The translations under genes were made by a program, and so were the position numbers. A stretch of 64,000 bases of DNA from an uncultured Paludibacter sp. (lineage in GTDB: Bacteria > Bacteroidota > Bacteroidia > Bacteroidales > Paludibacteraceae): NCBI GenBank assembly GCA_964346125.1, contig CAYFTO010000001.1:193-64192 (forward strand). Reading direction: 5' to 3'. Below the pieces are notes generated by a model, which had not been told where the DNA came from, did no database searches, and saw only the letters and a program-made list of their open reading frames with translations. Each line of letters starts with the position of its first letter. The stretch's first letter is position 1. Shown here piece after piece: positions 47,796 through 58,437 of this stretch.

Positions 47796-49634
47796 TTACC
47801 TTGCTGAAACAACAATAGGGTGTTTTTCCACTTTTTTAACACCTGAATCGTTGTTTATCATCTCAAAATAAAGCACATAGATACCAGGGTTTACATTTTT
47901 ATCACGGTCGGTCAATCCATCCCAAGTGAAAAACCCTTCTGCTGACAAAATAGCATTGCTTGCAATCTGTCTCACTTTTGATCCCACTGCATTAAAGACT
48001 GTTACATTGGCCACAAAACCTGGCGTATCGGTTTTGTAACGTATAAAACAAACATCGTCAATACCATCATTGTCTGGCGAAAACACTTCTGGGTCTATTT
48101 TAACCCACTTCTCTTCTTTAAAAGAAGAAGAATCTTCAATCTCTTTGAATTGTGAATTTTGATAACCAGGCGTACCATATCGAACCTCTGATGCGGCTGA
48201 ATGCCAGGACAATGGATCATCTCCTGGCAAATCAGGATGAATACGCTCCAAGGCTACATCTTTCGTATTACGAATTAATGAATGATGCCACTTTACATCG
48301 TATGTAAGTTCATCTATAAACAGCGTATCGCCTTCGCTCGTTATTGTTCCAATAAGTAAGTTTGCACCGGTATTATTCAGTGCAGTCCAACGTTCTACCT
48401 CAATTATATTAGCCTCTTCCGGAACATCAAAATAACTCCTTAGCTTTTCAGCTTCTCTCGAAAATGCTAAATATGTTTTTGGCATTAAATATGTTTTTGG
48501 AGGGAAAAAATTGCTCGGTTTGAAAGCTGTTGCTGTACGAACACCATAAAACACATTGGCTAAATCAATCACCTTATTACTACGGTTATAAATCTCAATA
48601 TATTCAGAGGTGGCATCAGAGTTATCAAATAAAATTTCATTGATAATTATATCGTTTATTTCTGCCTCCTCGATAAAACCAATCTCTTTTATAGTATTTA
48701 CCAATGCATTGCCAGCCAAATCAGTCAATCCAGTCACTTCAAGAGTATAAATTTTGCCTTTTTCAAAATCTTTTGCGAAAGTGAGAGTCAGTTTCGTATC
48801 ATCTCCCGAAAAAGAAACGTCTATTGGTTTACCCATATCATAATTGATGTGGAAATCAGCATTTCTTACATCAATGGACTCAGAAAATTCCAATAGTAAT
48901 TTATTGTTATCAATAATAGTAAGATTATCCCAAGTAGGAGGTGTTTTATCAATTAGTTTTTCACCCTTTACTTTTATATCATCGAAAAAGTAAAGTTTAC
49001 CTGTCGTTTTTGTATTGCTAACCAAAAGAGAGAAATATTTACTGCCTAAAACATCATTATCAACTGCGCTACCTTCATGCACATAATCATTATCTATAAA
49101 TCCTCCATCAGCAGCCAAACGTTGGCGATAAAGATGAAACTCACCATCACTTGTACGTGTAACCCGAATTTTAAGGATATTGGGTTGAGTATCTAAAATT
49201 TTATCCTCTCCATCTATTATTTTTGTTTTTCTTGAGCCTTGCTGCTTATAGAGAGACACTTCATCGGCCGTATTACCTATTTGCACATAATATCCATTCA
49301 CATCTCCAGAAACATCCACTCTATCAGACACAATATACACAACACTATAATTTGAAGAAGATGGATTGTAATTTATTCGTACCCAAAACTCCCAAACGGC
49401 ATTATCAAACACCTCTGATGGAGTTGACAAATAAGACCTCGACGTATCATCAGCATTGGATTGGAGTTGATAATCATTATTCACAATAAAATTGTATGTT
49501 GTCCCCGTCCACGTTGGATTATGGATAATATCACCATCTGAAAAATCTTCTGACCATTCAATTATTGTTTGAGCAAAAAGAAAGCTCGGAACTAAAATCA
49601 GGCTCGTAATGATAAGTTTTTTTATGTTTTTCAT
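47796..49634 (-). CDS. Secreted lamin-tail-domain (LTD) protein with an N-terminal lectin/LamG-like region and a C-terminal FSPDNDGIDD Ig-like domain
   Basis: 612 aa with a signal peptide. The LTD signature is IIINEILFDNSDATSEYIEIYNRSNKVIDL. The C-terminus (FSPDNDGIDDVCFIRY...GIYVLYFEM) resembles FlgD-Ig / type B T9SS sorting domains. Confidence 0.6.
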   Translation of the reverse strand: MKNIKKLIITSLILVPSFLFAQTIIEWSEDFSDGDIIHNPTWTGTTYNFIVNNDYQLQSNADDTSRSYLSTPSEVFDNAVWEFWVRINYNPSSSNYSVVYIVSDRVDVSGDVNGYYVQIGNTADEVSLYKQQGSRKTKIIDGEDKILDTQPNILKIRVTRTSDGEFHLYRQRLAADGGFIDNDYVHEGSAVDNDVLGSKYFSLLVSNTKTTGKLYFFDDIKVKGEKLIDKTPPTWDNLTIIDNNKLLLEFSESIDVRNADFHINYDMGKPIDVSFSGDDTKLTLTFAKDFEKGKIYTLEVTGLTDLAGNALVNTIKEIGFIEEAEINDIIINEILFDNSDATSEYIEIYNRSNKVIDLANVFYGVRTATAFKPSNFFPPKTYLMPKTYLAFSREAEKLRSYFDVPEEANIIEVERWTALNNTGANLLIGTITSEGDTLFIDELTYDVKWHHSLIRNTKDVALERIHPDLPGDDPLSWHSAASEVRYGTPGYQNSQFKEIEDSSSFKEEKWVKIDPEVFSPDNDGIDDVCFIRYKTDTPGFVANVTVFNAVGSKVRQIASNAILSAEGFFTWDGLTDRDKNVNPGIYVLYFEMINNDSGVKKVEKHPIVVSAR

Positions 49635-49843
49635 AAATATTGCGATTATAATGCTAAAATAGATTATTTTTGCAGAAATTCATTTTAGAAATAGATATCT
49701 ATTCTACAAAAATAGTTATTAATTCTGATTATAAAAGAATTAAAATGATAAAGAACAAATCAAAGATAGATTTGTTTCTTACAATAAGTTGAGAAAAACT
49801 TAGTATTTAGTGTGTAATTTTTCATTTAATAATTTTCATTGAT

Positions 49844-50854
49844 ATGAAAGTAGCTATTGTAGGCGCAAGTGGCGCCGTAGGTCAAGAGTTTTTAAGAGTT
49901 TTGACCGACAGGGATTTTCCAGTTTCCGAATTAGTATTATTTGGTTCTTCACGAAGCGCCGGAAAATCATATAATTTCAAAGGAGAAGATTTGATTGTTA
50001 AGGAATTAGTTCATGGAGATATTTTCAAGGGCTGTGATATAGTTTTTGCATCAGCCGGTGCAAGCATTTCAAAAGAATTTGCTGATGATATCACTAAATT
50101 TGGAGCTATCATGATTGATAACTCAAGTGCTTTTCGCAACGACGATGATGTTCCATTGGTAGTTCCTGAGGTGAATGCTGAAGCGGCTAAGGATCGTCCT
50201 CGCAACATCATAGCTAATCCAAACTGCACAACATCCATCATGGCTGTTCCTCTTCAAGCTATTCGCAAATTATCCCCCATCAAAAGCATCCACGTATCTT
50301 CCTATCAGTCAGCAAGTGGAGCTGGAGCAAGTGGGATGGATGAATTAGAACAACAATACAAGCAAATTGTAAATGGAGAGCCAGTAACAGTTGATAAATT
50401 TGCTCACCAGCTGGCGTATAACGTAATTCCTCACATTGATGTATTTACGGATAATGGCTACACAAAAGAAGAGATGAAGATGTATCACGAAACACGCAAA
50501 ATTCTTAATTCTGATGTTGCAGTTAGTGCAACTTGTGTGCGTGTTCCTACTTTACGTGCTCACGCTGAGAGCGTATGGGTTGAGACCGAAGCTCCAATTA
50601 GCGTAGAAGATGCGATGAAAGCTTTTTCAAATCAAAAAGGAATTAGCCTTATGGATAATCCTGCGCAAAACGAATATCCAATGCCTCTTCATTTATCAGG
50701 CAAAAGTGATGTATATGTAGGGCGTGTTCGTAAAGACCTTGCAAATCCAAATGGATTGGTATTTTGGTGCGTAAGCGATCAAATTAAAAAAGGTGCAGCT
50801 CTTAATGCAGTTCAAATCGCAGAATATCTTATTCAGGAAGGTGAAGTAAAATAA
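49844..50854 (+). CDS. asd: Aspartate-semialdehyde dehydrogenase
   Basis: 336 aa. N-terminal [14 protein letters not shown], active-site NPNCTT, and SGAG. Confidence 0.9.
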   Translation: MKVAIVGASGAVGQEFLRVLTDRDFPVSELVLFGSSRSAGKSYNFKGEDLIVKELVHGDIFKGCDIVFASAGASISKEFADDITKFGAIMIDNSSAFRNDDDVPLVVPEVNAEAAKDRPRNIIANPNCTTSIMAVPLQAIRKLSPIKSIHVSSYQSASGAGASGMDELEQQYKQIVNGEPVTVDKFAHQLAYNVIPHIDVFTDNGYTKEEMKMYHETRKILNSDVAVSATCVRVPTLRAHAESVWVETEAPISVEDAMKAFSNQKGISLMDNPAQNEYPMPLHLSGKSDVYVGRVRKDLANPNGLVFWCVSDQIKKGAALNAVQIAEYLIQEGEVK

Positions 50855-50878
50855 AAATCTTACATAAAAGCATTAAAT

Positions 50879-50911
50879 AGCGGAAGAACTTACGAGTTTT
50901 TCCGCTTTTTT
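50879..50911 (+). terminator. Rho-independent terminator of asd
   Basis: AGCGGAAGAAC (50879-50889) pairs with GTTTTTCCGCT (50896-50906) with one mismatch, followed by TTTTT. Confidence 0.75.
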
Positions 50912-51155
50912 GTATAAGATTATCTATCTCATATATAATCGGGAAAATTAATTTTGGACTATATCATAAATTATTTTGAGCCCCTAAATACAGGAGTCAG
51001 GGGATATTAAACGCTTTGTAGAACAAGCATTTTGATACAAATTCATTTTTTTTAACGAGCAAACACTTCATTTGTTTTCACATGAAATTAAATTGTGCCA
51101 TCTTTGTAGTTTAAAAATAATCCGAGCAGCGTAAATTTTAAAAGAGAATTATTTA

Positions 51156-52397
51156 ATGAATTACAGAATATTTGCCATTGTTGCATTTTTAGTTTCATTT
51201 GCAGCACAAATTTCTTACGGTCAAATCAGTTCAAACTCACCATACACACGCTTTGGTTATGGAGAGCTAAGCGAAACTACAGCCAACGAGCTTAGAGGGA
51301 TGGGAGGTGTTTCTTTAGCTAATCGTTCAAAAAACACTATCAATAGTATAAACCCTGCATCTCACAGCAGCGTTGATAGTCTTACCTTTATGTTTGATAT
51401 TGGTGTGAATGGACGACTTTCGCAGTTTTCTGATTCTTATAACTCTAACAAAACATTTAATGCTAACTTAGACTATATAAGTATGCGTTTTCCACTTGGA
51501 AAATATATCGGGTTTAGTGCTGGTCTTTTACCATATTCACATGTTGGCTACAATTTTAGCCAGGCTGACTCCCTAAAAATTCCAAATGAAGAGGAGAAAC
51601 ATGTCAACTACATACAATCTTTTAGTGGAAATGGTGGTATCTCACAGGTTTACAGCGGCTTATCCGTTGAATTATTAAAGCATATATCTATTGGTGTTAA
51701 TGCATATTATCTCTTTGGCGAGACAAACAATTTGAATGTTCAGGATTTTTTAGGTACTTCCGGTTATTCTACATCTGTTTTCACGAATAATTTACGAGTA
51801 AGTGATTATAAATTCAGATACGGCTTGCAATTGTACAATACTTTTGCCAAAAAGCATGACGTTACTTTGGGTGTTATTTATGAAAACAAATCAAATCTTA
51901 ATGGTGAATATATAGCTTTTTTAAATAGCGATACGATTCGTTCTACCATTGGTTTTGAGCTTCCTCAAACTTTGGGGATTGGATTAAACTACACGTACAA
52001 TGATAGGTTGACCATTGGTGCAGACTTCACGCAACAAAAATGGGGTGATGCTCTCTTTTTTAACAAACGAGACAGCCTAACAAACACTTCTAAAATAGCC
52101 TTAGGTATTGAATACATTAACAATCCATACAGCCGTAATAAATACTCAGATTTGATTCGTTACCGCGCTGGATTTAGTACTTCAAATCAATATTACAAAC
52201 TCAATGGACAGAATCAACCTAACAATCTAATATTTACATTAGGTGCTGGCTTACCCACACGTACAGGTAAGAGTTTGATGAATATTTCGCTTGAATACGG
52301 GCACATGGGAAGCGCTACATTGCTTAAAGAAAACTATCTAAAAATGGTGTTTAGTGCTTCAATTAATGAGTTTTGGTTCTTTAAGCCTAAGCTTTAA
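51156..52397 (+). CDS. Outer-membrane beta-barrel protein of unknown function, upstream of lptC
   Basis: 413 aa with a signal peptide. Contains an SPYTRFGYGEL motif, shows beta-strand periodicity, and has a C-terminal aromatic residue (FWFFKPKL). Confidence 0.55.
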   Translation: MNYRIFAIVAFLVSFAAQISYGQISSNSPYTRFGYGELSETTANELRGMGGVSLANRSKNTINSINPASHSSVDSLTFMFDIGVNGRLSQFSDSYNSNKTFNANLDYISMRFPLGKYIGFSAGLLPYSHVGYNFSQADSLKIPNEEEKHVNYIQSFSGNGGISQVYSGLSVELLKHISIGVNAYYLFGETNNLNVQDFLGTSGYSTSVFTNNLRVSDYKFRYGLQLYNTFAKKHDVTLGVIYENKSNLNGEYIAFLNSDTIRSTIGFELPQTLGIGLNYTYNDRLTIGADFTQQKWGDALFFNKRDSLTNTSKIALGIEYINNPYSRNKYSDLIRYRAGFSTSNQYYKLNGQNQPNNLIFTLGAGLPTRTGKSLMNISLEYGHMGSATLLKENYLKMVFSASINEFWFFKPKL

Positions 52398-52400
52398 TTC

Positions 52401-52997
52401 ATGATTTCAATATTTAGAATAGGCTTTAAAATGGTATCAAGTAAACATATTTTATACTTGATGCTTTTGCTCGTTATTTTTCAAATTTCCTGTTCAAATC
52501 CGAAACAAGAGGAGATAGAAGCAGTGGAAGATCGTTCAAAAATCCCAGGATTAACTGTTAATAAAGTTACAACTGTAATTTCTGACTCGGGCCGAACAAA
52601 ATATCGCATCGCCGCTGAAGAGATGAAGGTATTTGACAGAAGTAGTGAACCTTATTGGGAGTTTAAAAGAGGCATTTACTTTGAACGCTTTGATGAAAAG
52701 ATGAAAATTGATGCTAACTTCCGTAGCGATTATGCTAAATATTTAGAACGTAAAAAACTGTGGGAATTTAAAGGCAAAGTAAAAGCAATAGACCAAGAAG
52801 GCAAAATGCTGGAAACCGAACAACTATTTTGGGATGAAAACGACAAACGTATTTACAGTGATAAATATGTAAAAATAACGCTACCGAATAATGTGATGGA
52901 GGGAGGAATGGGTTTCGAAGCTGATGAAAGAATGACCTGGTGGAAAATCAAGCGAGTGCAAGGTGATATGTATATCAGTGATGATAGCGAAATTTAA
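52401..52997 (+). CDS. lptC: LPS export system protein LptC
   Basis: 198 aa. N-terminal anchor with lipobox ISC and LFWDENDKRIYSDKYVKIT, typical of Bacteroidota LptC. The start could instead be M11 (52431). Confidence 0.65.
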   Translation: MISIFRIGFKMVSSKHILYLMLLLVIFQISCSNPKQEEIEAVEDRSKIPGLTVNKVTTVISDSGRTKYRIAAEEMKVFDRSSEPYWEFKRGIYFERFDEKMKIDANFRSDYAKYLERKKLWEFKGKVKAIDQEGKMLETEQLFWDENDKRIYSDKYVKITLPNNVMEGGMGFEADERMTWWKIKRVQGDMYISDDSEI

Positions 52998-53103
52998 ACT
53001 AAAACGAATAATCGAATGTTTTTCTTATTTTCCACACATATTATTTTTATATAAAACATAATATTGTAACTTTGTAAATAGTCAAACTATAAATACTGAA
53101 ATC

Positions 53104-53301
53104 ATGGGAACAAATATCTTATTACTTTTTGGTACATTGGGAGCTCCAGAAATTCTTATTTTAGCCTTAGTGGTACTTCTTATCTTTGGTGGAAAAAAAA
53201 TACCTGAATTGATGCGAGGGCTGGGTAAAGGTGTTAGCAGTTTCAAAAAGGGCTTAAAAGATGTTGAGGATGAAATAACAAAAGATTCTGACAAAGAATA
53301 A
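53104..53301 (+). CDS. tatA: Twin-arginine translocase TatA/E
   Basis: 65 aa. [33 protein letters not shown] is the canonical TatA helix-hinge-amphipathic helix. Confidence 0.9.
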   Translation: MGTNILLLFGTLGAPEILILALVVLLIFGGKKIPELMRGLGKGVSSFKKGLKDVEDEITKDSDKE

Positions 53302-53334
53302 GCACTTCTATTTCAAAAGGAGTAATTTCAGTAA

Positions 53335-54168
53335 ATGAAGCTCAACACAAAGTTTTTAACAAATAAGGAGAGTTCGTTTTGGGAACATTTGGAGGTATTG
53401 CGATGGTCAATTTTCCGAGTTCTCGTAGCACTTGTTATATTAATGATTGCGAGTTTCTCTTTGAAAGAGTTTGTTTTCAATAATATTTTTCTTCCTCCTC
53501 TTACTTCCGATTTTATTACTTACAAGCTATTGTGTAGACTTGGTGAACTTATAAAGCTGAGTGGTTTTTGTGCAGATTCATTTCAGATACAGCTAATAAA
53601 CATCAATCTTTCTGGTCAGTTTTTGATACACATGACCTCTTCTATGCTGGCAGCCTTGATTCTTGCTGTTCCTTATATTTTATATGAAATTTGGCTTTTT
53701 GTAAAGCCTGCTCTTTATCCCAATGAAAAGAAAAATGTAGGATTTATTTTTATCTCTACCTCCTTTCTGTTCTACTTAGGCGCCGTAGTCAGCTATTACG
53801 TCGTTTTTCCGTTTACGCTTCGTTTTTTGGGTACTTATCAAGTATCTGATGTTATCATCAATCAGGTTTCAATACAGTCCTATATGAATACATTGGCTTT
53901 ATTGGTGCTGTTTTTAGGACTTTCATTTGAACTTCCTGTAATAATTTATTTGTTATCTGGCTTAGGAATAGTTACAAAACAGATGCTTAAAAGATTTAGA
54001 AAATATGCGTTTGTTGTTATTCTTTTTCTTGCCGCTATCATTACCCCAACGGTCGACCCCTTTACTATGTTTATAGTTGCAACTCCTATCTATTTACTTT
54101 ATGAATTAAGTATAGTAGTATGTAGAGAGGGCAAGATTGAAGAGGAGGAGGAACTTGAAATAGAGTAA
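53335..54168 (+). CDS. tatC: Twin-arginine translocase subunit TatC
   Basis: 277 aa. FWEHLEVLRWSIFR N-terminus, six hydrophobic segments, and a location adjacent to tatA. Confidence 0.85.
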   Translation: MKLNTKFLTNKESSFWEHLEVLRWSIFRVLVALVILMIASFSLKEFVFNNIFLPPLTSDFITYKLLCRLGELIKLSGFCADSFQIQLININLSGQFLIHMTSSMLAALILAVPYILYEIWLFVKPALYPNEKKNVGFIFISTSFLFYLGAVVSYYVVFPFTLRFLGTYQVSDVIINQVSIQSYMNTLALLVLFLGLSFELPVIIYLLSGLGIVTKQMLKRFRKYAFVVILFLAAIITPTVDPFTMFIVATPIYLLYELSIVVCREGKIEEEEELEIE

Positions 54169-54222
54169 TGACCTTCTTCTCTTAATTTAAAAAATTGTAA
54201 CTTTGCATCATAAATAAATGAT

Positions 54223-55038
54223 ATGAATATAATCGTAACAGGTGCAACAGGTGCAATTGGACAAGCTTTAACAAAGGCTTTGCTTATGCAAGGACATTGT
54301 GTAATAATGGCTTGCAGAAATCTATCCAAGGCAGAAAGCATAAAGACAAATTTACTCAAAGAACTTAAAGTTGCATCTGAAAAGGTAATTATCTCGCAAT
54401 TGGATTTAGCTATTTCAGACTCCATCATTCAATTTAGAAATGACTTAATTGAGAAAGAACTTAAAATAGATGGCTTAATTAACAATGCAGGTGTTCTACA
54501 ACGACACTTTGAAAAGACGGTTGATGGATATGAAAATACGATAGCTGTTAACTTTTTAAAGCCAGTCGAACTTATCCATAAACTTAAGCCATTATTAGCT
54601 CCTCATGCTACGATTGTAAATGTAAATTCAAGAGCAAAGCATCCGCGTTATTTAAGCAAAAGTTTGTTTGGCGCCAATGAGAAAGAGTTTTCCCAACTAC
54701 GAAGTTATCTCAGTTCAAAAACAGCTTTGACAGTTTATACAGCCACTTTTTCTCAGAAAATGAAAGGAGTCTTTAGAGTAAACCTGGCCGATCCAGGAGT
54801 GGTAAACACAGAATTGATTCGCTTAGATAGATGGTTTGATTTAATTGCCGATTTAGTTTTCAGACCATTTACAAAAACACCGGAAAAAAGCACAATACCC
54901 ATTATAAATGCGCTTTTTTCGGATAAAACAGGTATGCAATTTTATAGTAAAAAACAGAAGCCAATAGCTAAAAAATATACAAAACATACTTTGAACAGAT
55001 GGCTTTGGGAAGAGACAAATAATCGAATAAAAAAATGA
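54223..55038 (+). CDS. SDR family oxidoreductase
   Basis: 271 aa. TGATGAIG Rossmann motif, NNAG, and YxxxK (YLSSK). Confidence 0.8.
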   Translation: MNIIVTGATGAIGQALTKALLMQGHCVIMACRNLSKAESIKTNLLKELKVASEKVIISQLDLAISDSIIQFRNDLIEKELKIDGLINNAGVLQRHFEKTVDGYENTIAVNFLKPVELIHKLKPLLAPHATIVNVNSRAKHPRYLSKSLFGANEKEFSQLRSYLSSKTALTVYTATFSQKMKGVFRVNLADPGVVNTELIRLDRWFDLIADLVFRPFTKTPEKSTIPIINALFSDKTGMQFYSKKQKPIAKKYTKHTLNRWLWEETNNRIKK

Positions 55039-55958
55039 AATTTAGAAAAGAAAACACTATCTACCTTTTAGCAATAACTGCTATGGTTTGCTGGGCTTTT
55101 TCATTTATTTGGACCAAATCAGCACTCCTAAGTTTTCCACCTGTTACGCTTATTAGTTTGCGGTTGTTGTTGGCTTCTATACTAATGTTTGCCTATCAAG
55201 CTTTACGAAAAAGTCTAATACGAATTGACAAAAAAGACATAAAGCTTTTTGTTCTCTTAGCTTTTTTCGAACCATTTCTATACTACATTGGCGAAACTTA
55301 CGGTTTGACCTTAGTTAAAGCTACCACAGCCTCTGTTATTGTTGCAACAATCCCGATATTTGCTCCATTTTTTGCTTTTGTCTTTCTACGCGAACGTTTC
55401 ACCATTATCAATATATTAGGCATTTTAGTTTCCTTGTACGGCGTGTTTTTAATTGTAAACTCCACAAACAGTGGCGATAGCACCTCGCTTAGCGGGGTGA
55501 TGTTGCTATTTGTAGCTGTATTCTCGGCAGTAATTTATGGATTGATTTTACGGAAAATACCCTCAAAATACTCCGCAACAAATATTGTTCTTTATCAAAA
55601 TATATTTGGACTAATATTTTTTATCCCAACTGCACTTTGGGTAGATTCAGCCAATTATTCTTCTATTATTTTTTACCGTGAATCGTTGCAAGCTTTAATT
55701 TTACTTACTATTTTTGCATCAATATTTGCTTTTGTACTATTTTCAATCGTTGTACGAAAAATTGGCTTGACAAAATCACAGGTGTTCACCAACTTAATAC
55801 CCGTTTTTACAGCTCTTTTTTCGTGGATTTTATTTAATGATAGATTAACAACGCTACAATGGATAGGTATTTTTGTAGTTGTTTTGGGAGTGTTTGTAAG
55901 TCAAGGCAAAATAAAGTATTTAAATAGACTAATTAAAATACCCGACGTTAATCATTAG
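55035..55958 (+). CDS. DMT superfamily (EamA-like) transporter
   Basis: 307 aa. Ten hydrophobic segments in two repeats. Its start overlaps the SDR stop by 4 nt (ATGA). Confidence 0.75.
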   Translation: MKFRKENTIYLLAITAMVCWAFSFIWTKSALLSFPPVTLISLRLLLASILMFAYQALRKSLIRIDKKDIKLFVLLAFFEPFLYYIGETYGLTLVKATTASVIVATIPIFAPFFAFVFLRERFTIINILGILVSLYGVFLIVNSTNSGDSTSLSGVMLLFVAVFSAVIYGLILRKIPSKYSATNIVLYQNIFGLIFFIPTALWVDSANYSSIIFYRESLQALILLTIFASIFAFVLFSIVVRKIGLTKSQVFTNLIPVFTALFSWILFNDRLTTLQWIGIFVVVLGVFVSQGKIKYLNRLIKIPDVNH

Positions 55959-55996
55959 TTTGTATTTATCTGAAGTGCACACATAAATTAAAGATT

Positions 55997-56713
55997 ATGA
56001 AACCCTGGTATCCACTCTATTTCTTGTATCAGTGGCTAATAGCCATGCCGCTTATTATTGTAGCAACATTGCTTACAGCTATATTTACTTTGATATTAGC
56101 GCCTATATTTCCAAACAATAAGATTTCAAATTATCCAGCTATCTTATGGTCAAAATTTTCTTCCTACATTCTATTTATTCGTATAAAAGTAAGCGGTTTA
56201 GAGAATATAGATAAAAATCAATCCTATGTTTTTACACCAAATCACCAAAGTTTATTTGACATCTTTGCTGTATATGCTTGCTTGCCTGTCATATTTAAGT
56301 GGATGATGAAAATTGAGTTAAGAAAAGTACCGATGGTCGGAGCAGCTTGCGAGGCTGCAGGGCATGTTTTTGTTGATCGAGCTAATCCAGTTGTAGCTAA
56401 AAAAAGTTTGTTAGCAGCAGCTAACACCCTGAAAGAGGGAGTATCTGTCGTTATTTTCCCAGAAGGTACACGTACAAAAACAGGCCAAGTAAACAGGTTC
56501 AAACGCGGTGCTTTCCTACTTGCATTGGAACTAAACTTACCCATTATACCAATTACTCTTAAAGGCAGTTTTGAACGAGCAAAAGGATTTTTATTTTTCC
56601 CTGGAAAAATTGAGATGATTGTTCACCCAGCAATTAATATGGACAACTACTCAATAGAAGAGTCATCAAAGTTGATTCGTGACACACAGGAGGTAATAAA
56701 GAGTGCTTTATAA
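55997..56713 (+). CDS. plsC: 1-acyl-sn-glycerol-3-phosphate acyltransferase
   Basis: 238 aa. NHQSLFD (HX4D) and FPEGTRT motifs. Confidence 0.85.
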   Translation: MKPWYPLYFLYQWLIAMPLIIVATLLTAIFTLILAPIFPNNKISNYPAILWSKFSSYILFIRIKVSGLENIDKNQSYVFTPNHQSLFDIFAVYACLPVIFKWMMKIELRKVPMVGAACEAAGHVFVDRANPVVAKKSLLAAANTLKEGVSVVIFPEGTRTKTGQVNRFKRGAFLLALELNLPIIPITLKGSFERAKGFLFFPGKIEMIVHPAINMDNYSIEESSKLIRDTQEVIKSAL

Positions 56714-56749
56714 AAAATATCCTGTGCTAATATTTTTTATAAAGCACTC
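56701..56749. terminator. Perfect 20-bp inverted repeat between convergent plsC and the POT transporter gene
   Basis: GAGTGCTTTATAAAAAATAT (56701-56720), loop cctgtgcta, ATATTTTTTATAAAGCACTC (56730-56749). The left arm contains the plsC stop codon. Confidence 0.7.
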
Positions 56750-56795
56750 AAATAAGAAGCGTTTTTATTTTTTCAATTAAAACAAGGGGGTAAAA

Positions 56796-58337
56796 CTATT
56801 TTATGCCATGCATCAATTTTTGCAACCACTTGGACAAGGCAAATAGAATGATGGCAGCAATAGCTGAAATTACCACAAAAACCATAAAGAAGTCAAACAA
56901 TGAAGCAACTTCAAAACCAAATAGATGTTTCACTTTTCCTTCTTCGGGATAGAGAGTACTTAACGCACCGGCAAATTTATTTGCCGTTGCCATAGAGAGG
57001 TACCAAACCCCCATTAATAAAGATGCAAAGCGAACTGGTGCCAATTTATTAACCATCGAAAGGCCGATAGGCGATAAGAAAAGTTCACCCATGGTGTGGA
57101 TAAAGTACAAACTCGTTAGCCAAAGAATGCTTACACGAACACCAGGTTCTACACCACGTACACCAAACGCAATAACTAAATAGCCCAAAGACAATAAGAA
57201 CAAACCTAAAGCCTGCTTTACAGGAGAAGATGGCTCTGCATTTTTCTTACCTAACCAAACCCAAAGGTTTGCAAATAGTGGTGCTAAAAGAATCACAAAT
57301 ACAGCATTAAATGATTGGAACCAACTCGTTGGCATGACCCAGTCGCCAAAAAGATTGCGGTTAGTTTGCTCTTCAGCAAAGTAGGTTAATGAAATACCTG
57401 CCTGCTCAAAAGCTGACCAGAAAAATATCACAAAGAATGCAATAATGTAAATTACCCAAATCCGCTGACGCTCAATCTTAGTGAGCGATTTGTCTGAAAT
57501 CACAAAGGCGGGAATAACAATACAAGCTGCATAAATAAAAGCACCTATTACATCGCCACCAAATAAATAGAAGAATAAACCAAACAGAGCAATGGCACCA
57601 ACAGCCCATAGAATCATCTCTTTAACTGTAAATTTCGCTTTTTCTCCGTCAACATGCTGTTCACCAGCTACTAAGTTCTTGCTTGCAGGCTCTACACCCA
57701 AAGCAGTTCCATCGGGTGCAACCAAATACTTATCATTCCAAATTATATAAATAACAAGACACAAAGCCGACACAATAGCTGCCACTAAGAAACCCCACTT
57801 GAAATCAGCTGGATTGCCCGTGTCTCCTAAAAAGCCACAGACTAAGGGTGCCGCAAAAGCTCCCAAATTCACACCCATATAAAAAATGGTGTAAGCGGCA
57901 TCTAATCTTCTATCACCTTTTTCATAAAGTTGGCCAACAAAAGTGGATACATTGGGTTTAAAGAATCCATTTCCAAATATTAAACCTCCCAATCCAGCAT
58001 ACATAAGCAGTTTGGCAACTTCTACTTGGCTATAAAACACCGCGCTGAAGAACATCAACAGCTGTCCAATAACCATTAGCACAGCCCCCCAAAACACGGA
58101 ACGGCGCATTCCCCAATATTTATCAGCAATATATCCACCAATAAGAGGAGTGAGATAAACTAAACCTGTATAATTCCCATAAATAGTAGAAGCAAAATCT
58201 TTATCCAATAACAATGCTTTAATCATGTAAAGCACAAATAAAGCACGCATTCCATAGTAGCCAAAACGCTCAGCAATAGCCACTGTATAGATAAAATATA
58301 ATCCTCCAGGATGTTTTTTCGTAAGAGATTGAGACAT
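56796..58337 (-). CDS. POT/PTR2 family proton-dependent di/tripeptide transporter
   Basis: The track ORF starts at a TTG (58379). The ATG at 58337 gives MSQSLTKKHPGGLYFIY. ERFGYYGMRA and GGYIADKYWGMRR are PTR2 signatures. Confidence 0.85.
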   Translation of the reverse strand: MSQSLTKKHPGGLYFIYTVAIAERFGYYGMRALFVLYMIKALLLDKDFASTIYGNYTGLVYLTPLIGGYIADKYWGMRRSVFWGAVLMVIGQLLMFFSAVFYSQVEVAKLLMYAGLGGLIFGNGFFKPNVSTFVGQLYEKGDRRLDAAYTIFYMGVNLGAFAAPLVCGFLGDTGNPADFKWGFLVAAIVSALCLVIYIIWNDKYLVAPDGTALGVEPASKNLVAGEQHVDGEKAKFTVKEMILWAVGAIALFGLFFYLFGGDVIGAFIYAACIVIPAFVISDKSLTKIERQRIWVIYIIAFFVIFFWSAFEQAGISLTYFAEEQTNRNLFGDWVMPTSWFQSFNAVFVILLAPLFANLWVWLGKKNAEPSSPVKQALGLFLLSLGYLVIAFGVRGVEPGVRVSILWLTSLYFIHTMGELFLSPIGLSMVNKLAPVRFASLLMGVWYLSMATANKFAGALSTLYPEEGKVKHLFGFEVASLFDFFMVFVVISAIAAIILFALSKWLQKLMHGIK

Positions 58338-58437
58338 AATAATTGTAATATTTGATTTGAATAACGCAAAAGTACTCAAATTTTAATAAATGAATTGATA
58401 AAACTTGAATACGTATCGATTAATTTATTTTTGCTCT

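Noticed and set aside
49673-49843. Lysine or other riboswitch in the asd leader
   Set aside because: The leader is very AT-rich. It lacks the GC-rich conserved cores of the lysine, SAM or glycine riboswitches as far as I can judge by eye. Only a simple hairpin is visible.
50978-51006. Possible third copy of the 23370 / 35366 repeat (GAGCCCCTAAATACAGGAGTCAGGGGATA)
   Set aside because: Only the short CCCCT...AGGGG hairpin head resembles the repeat. The ~140 nt that follow show no similarity, so I treat it as an independent small hairpin.
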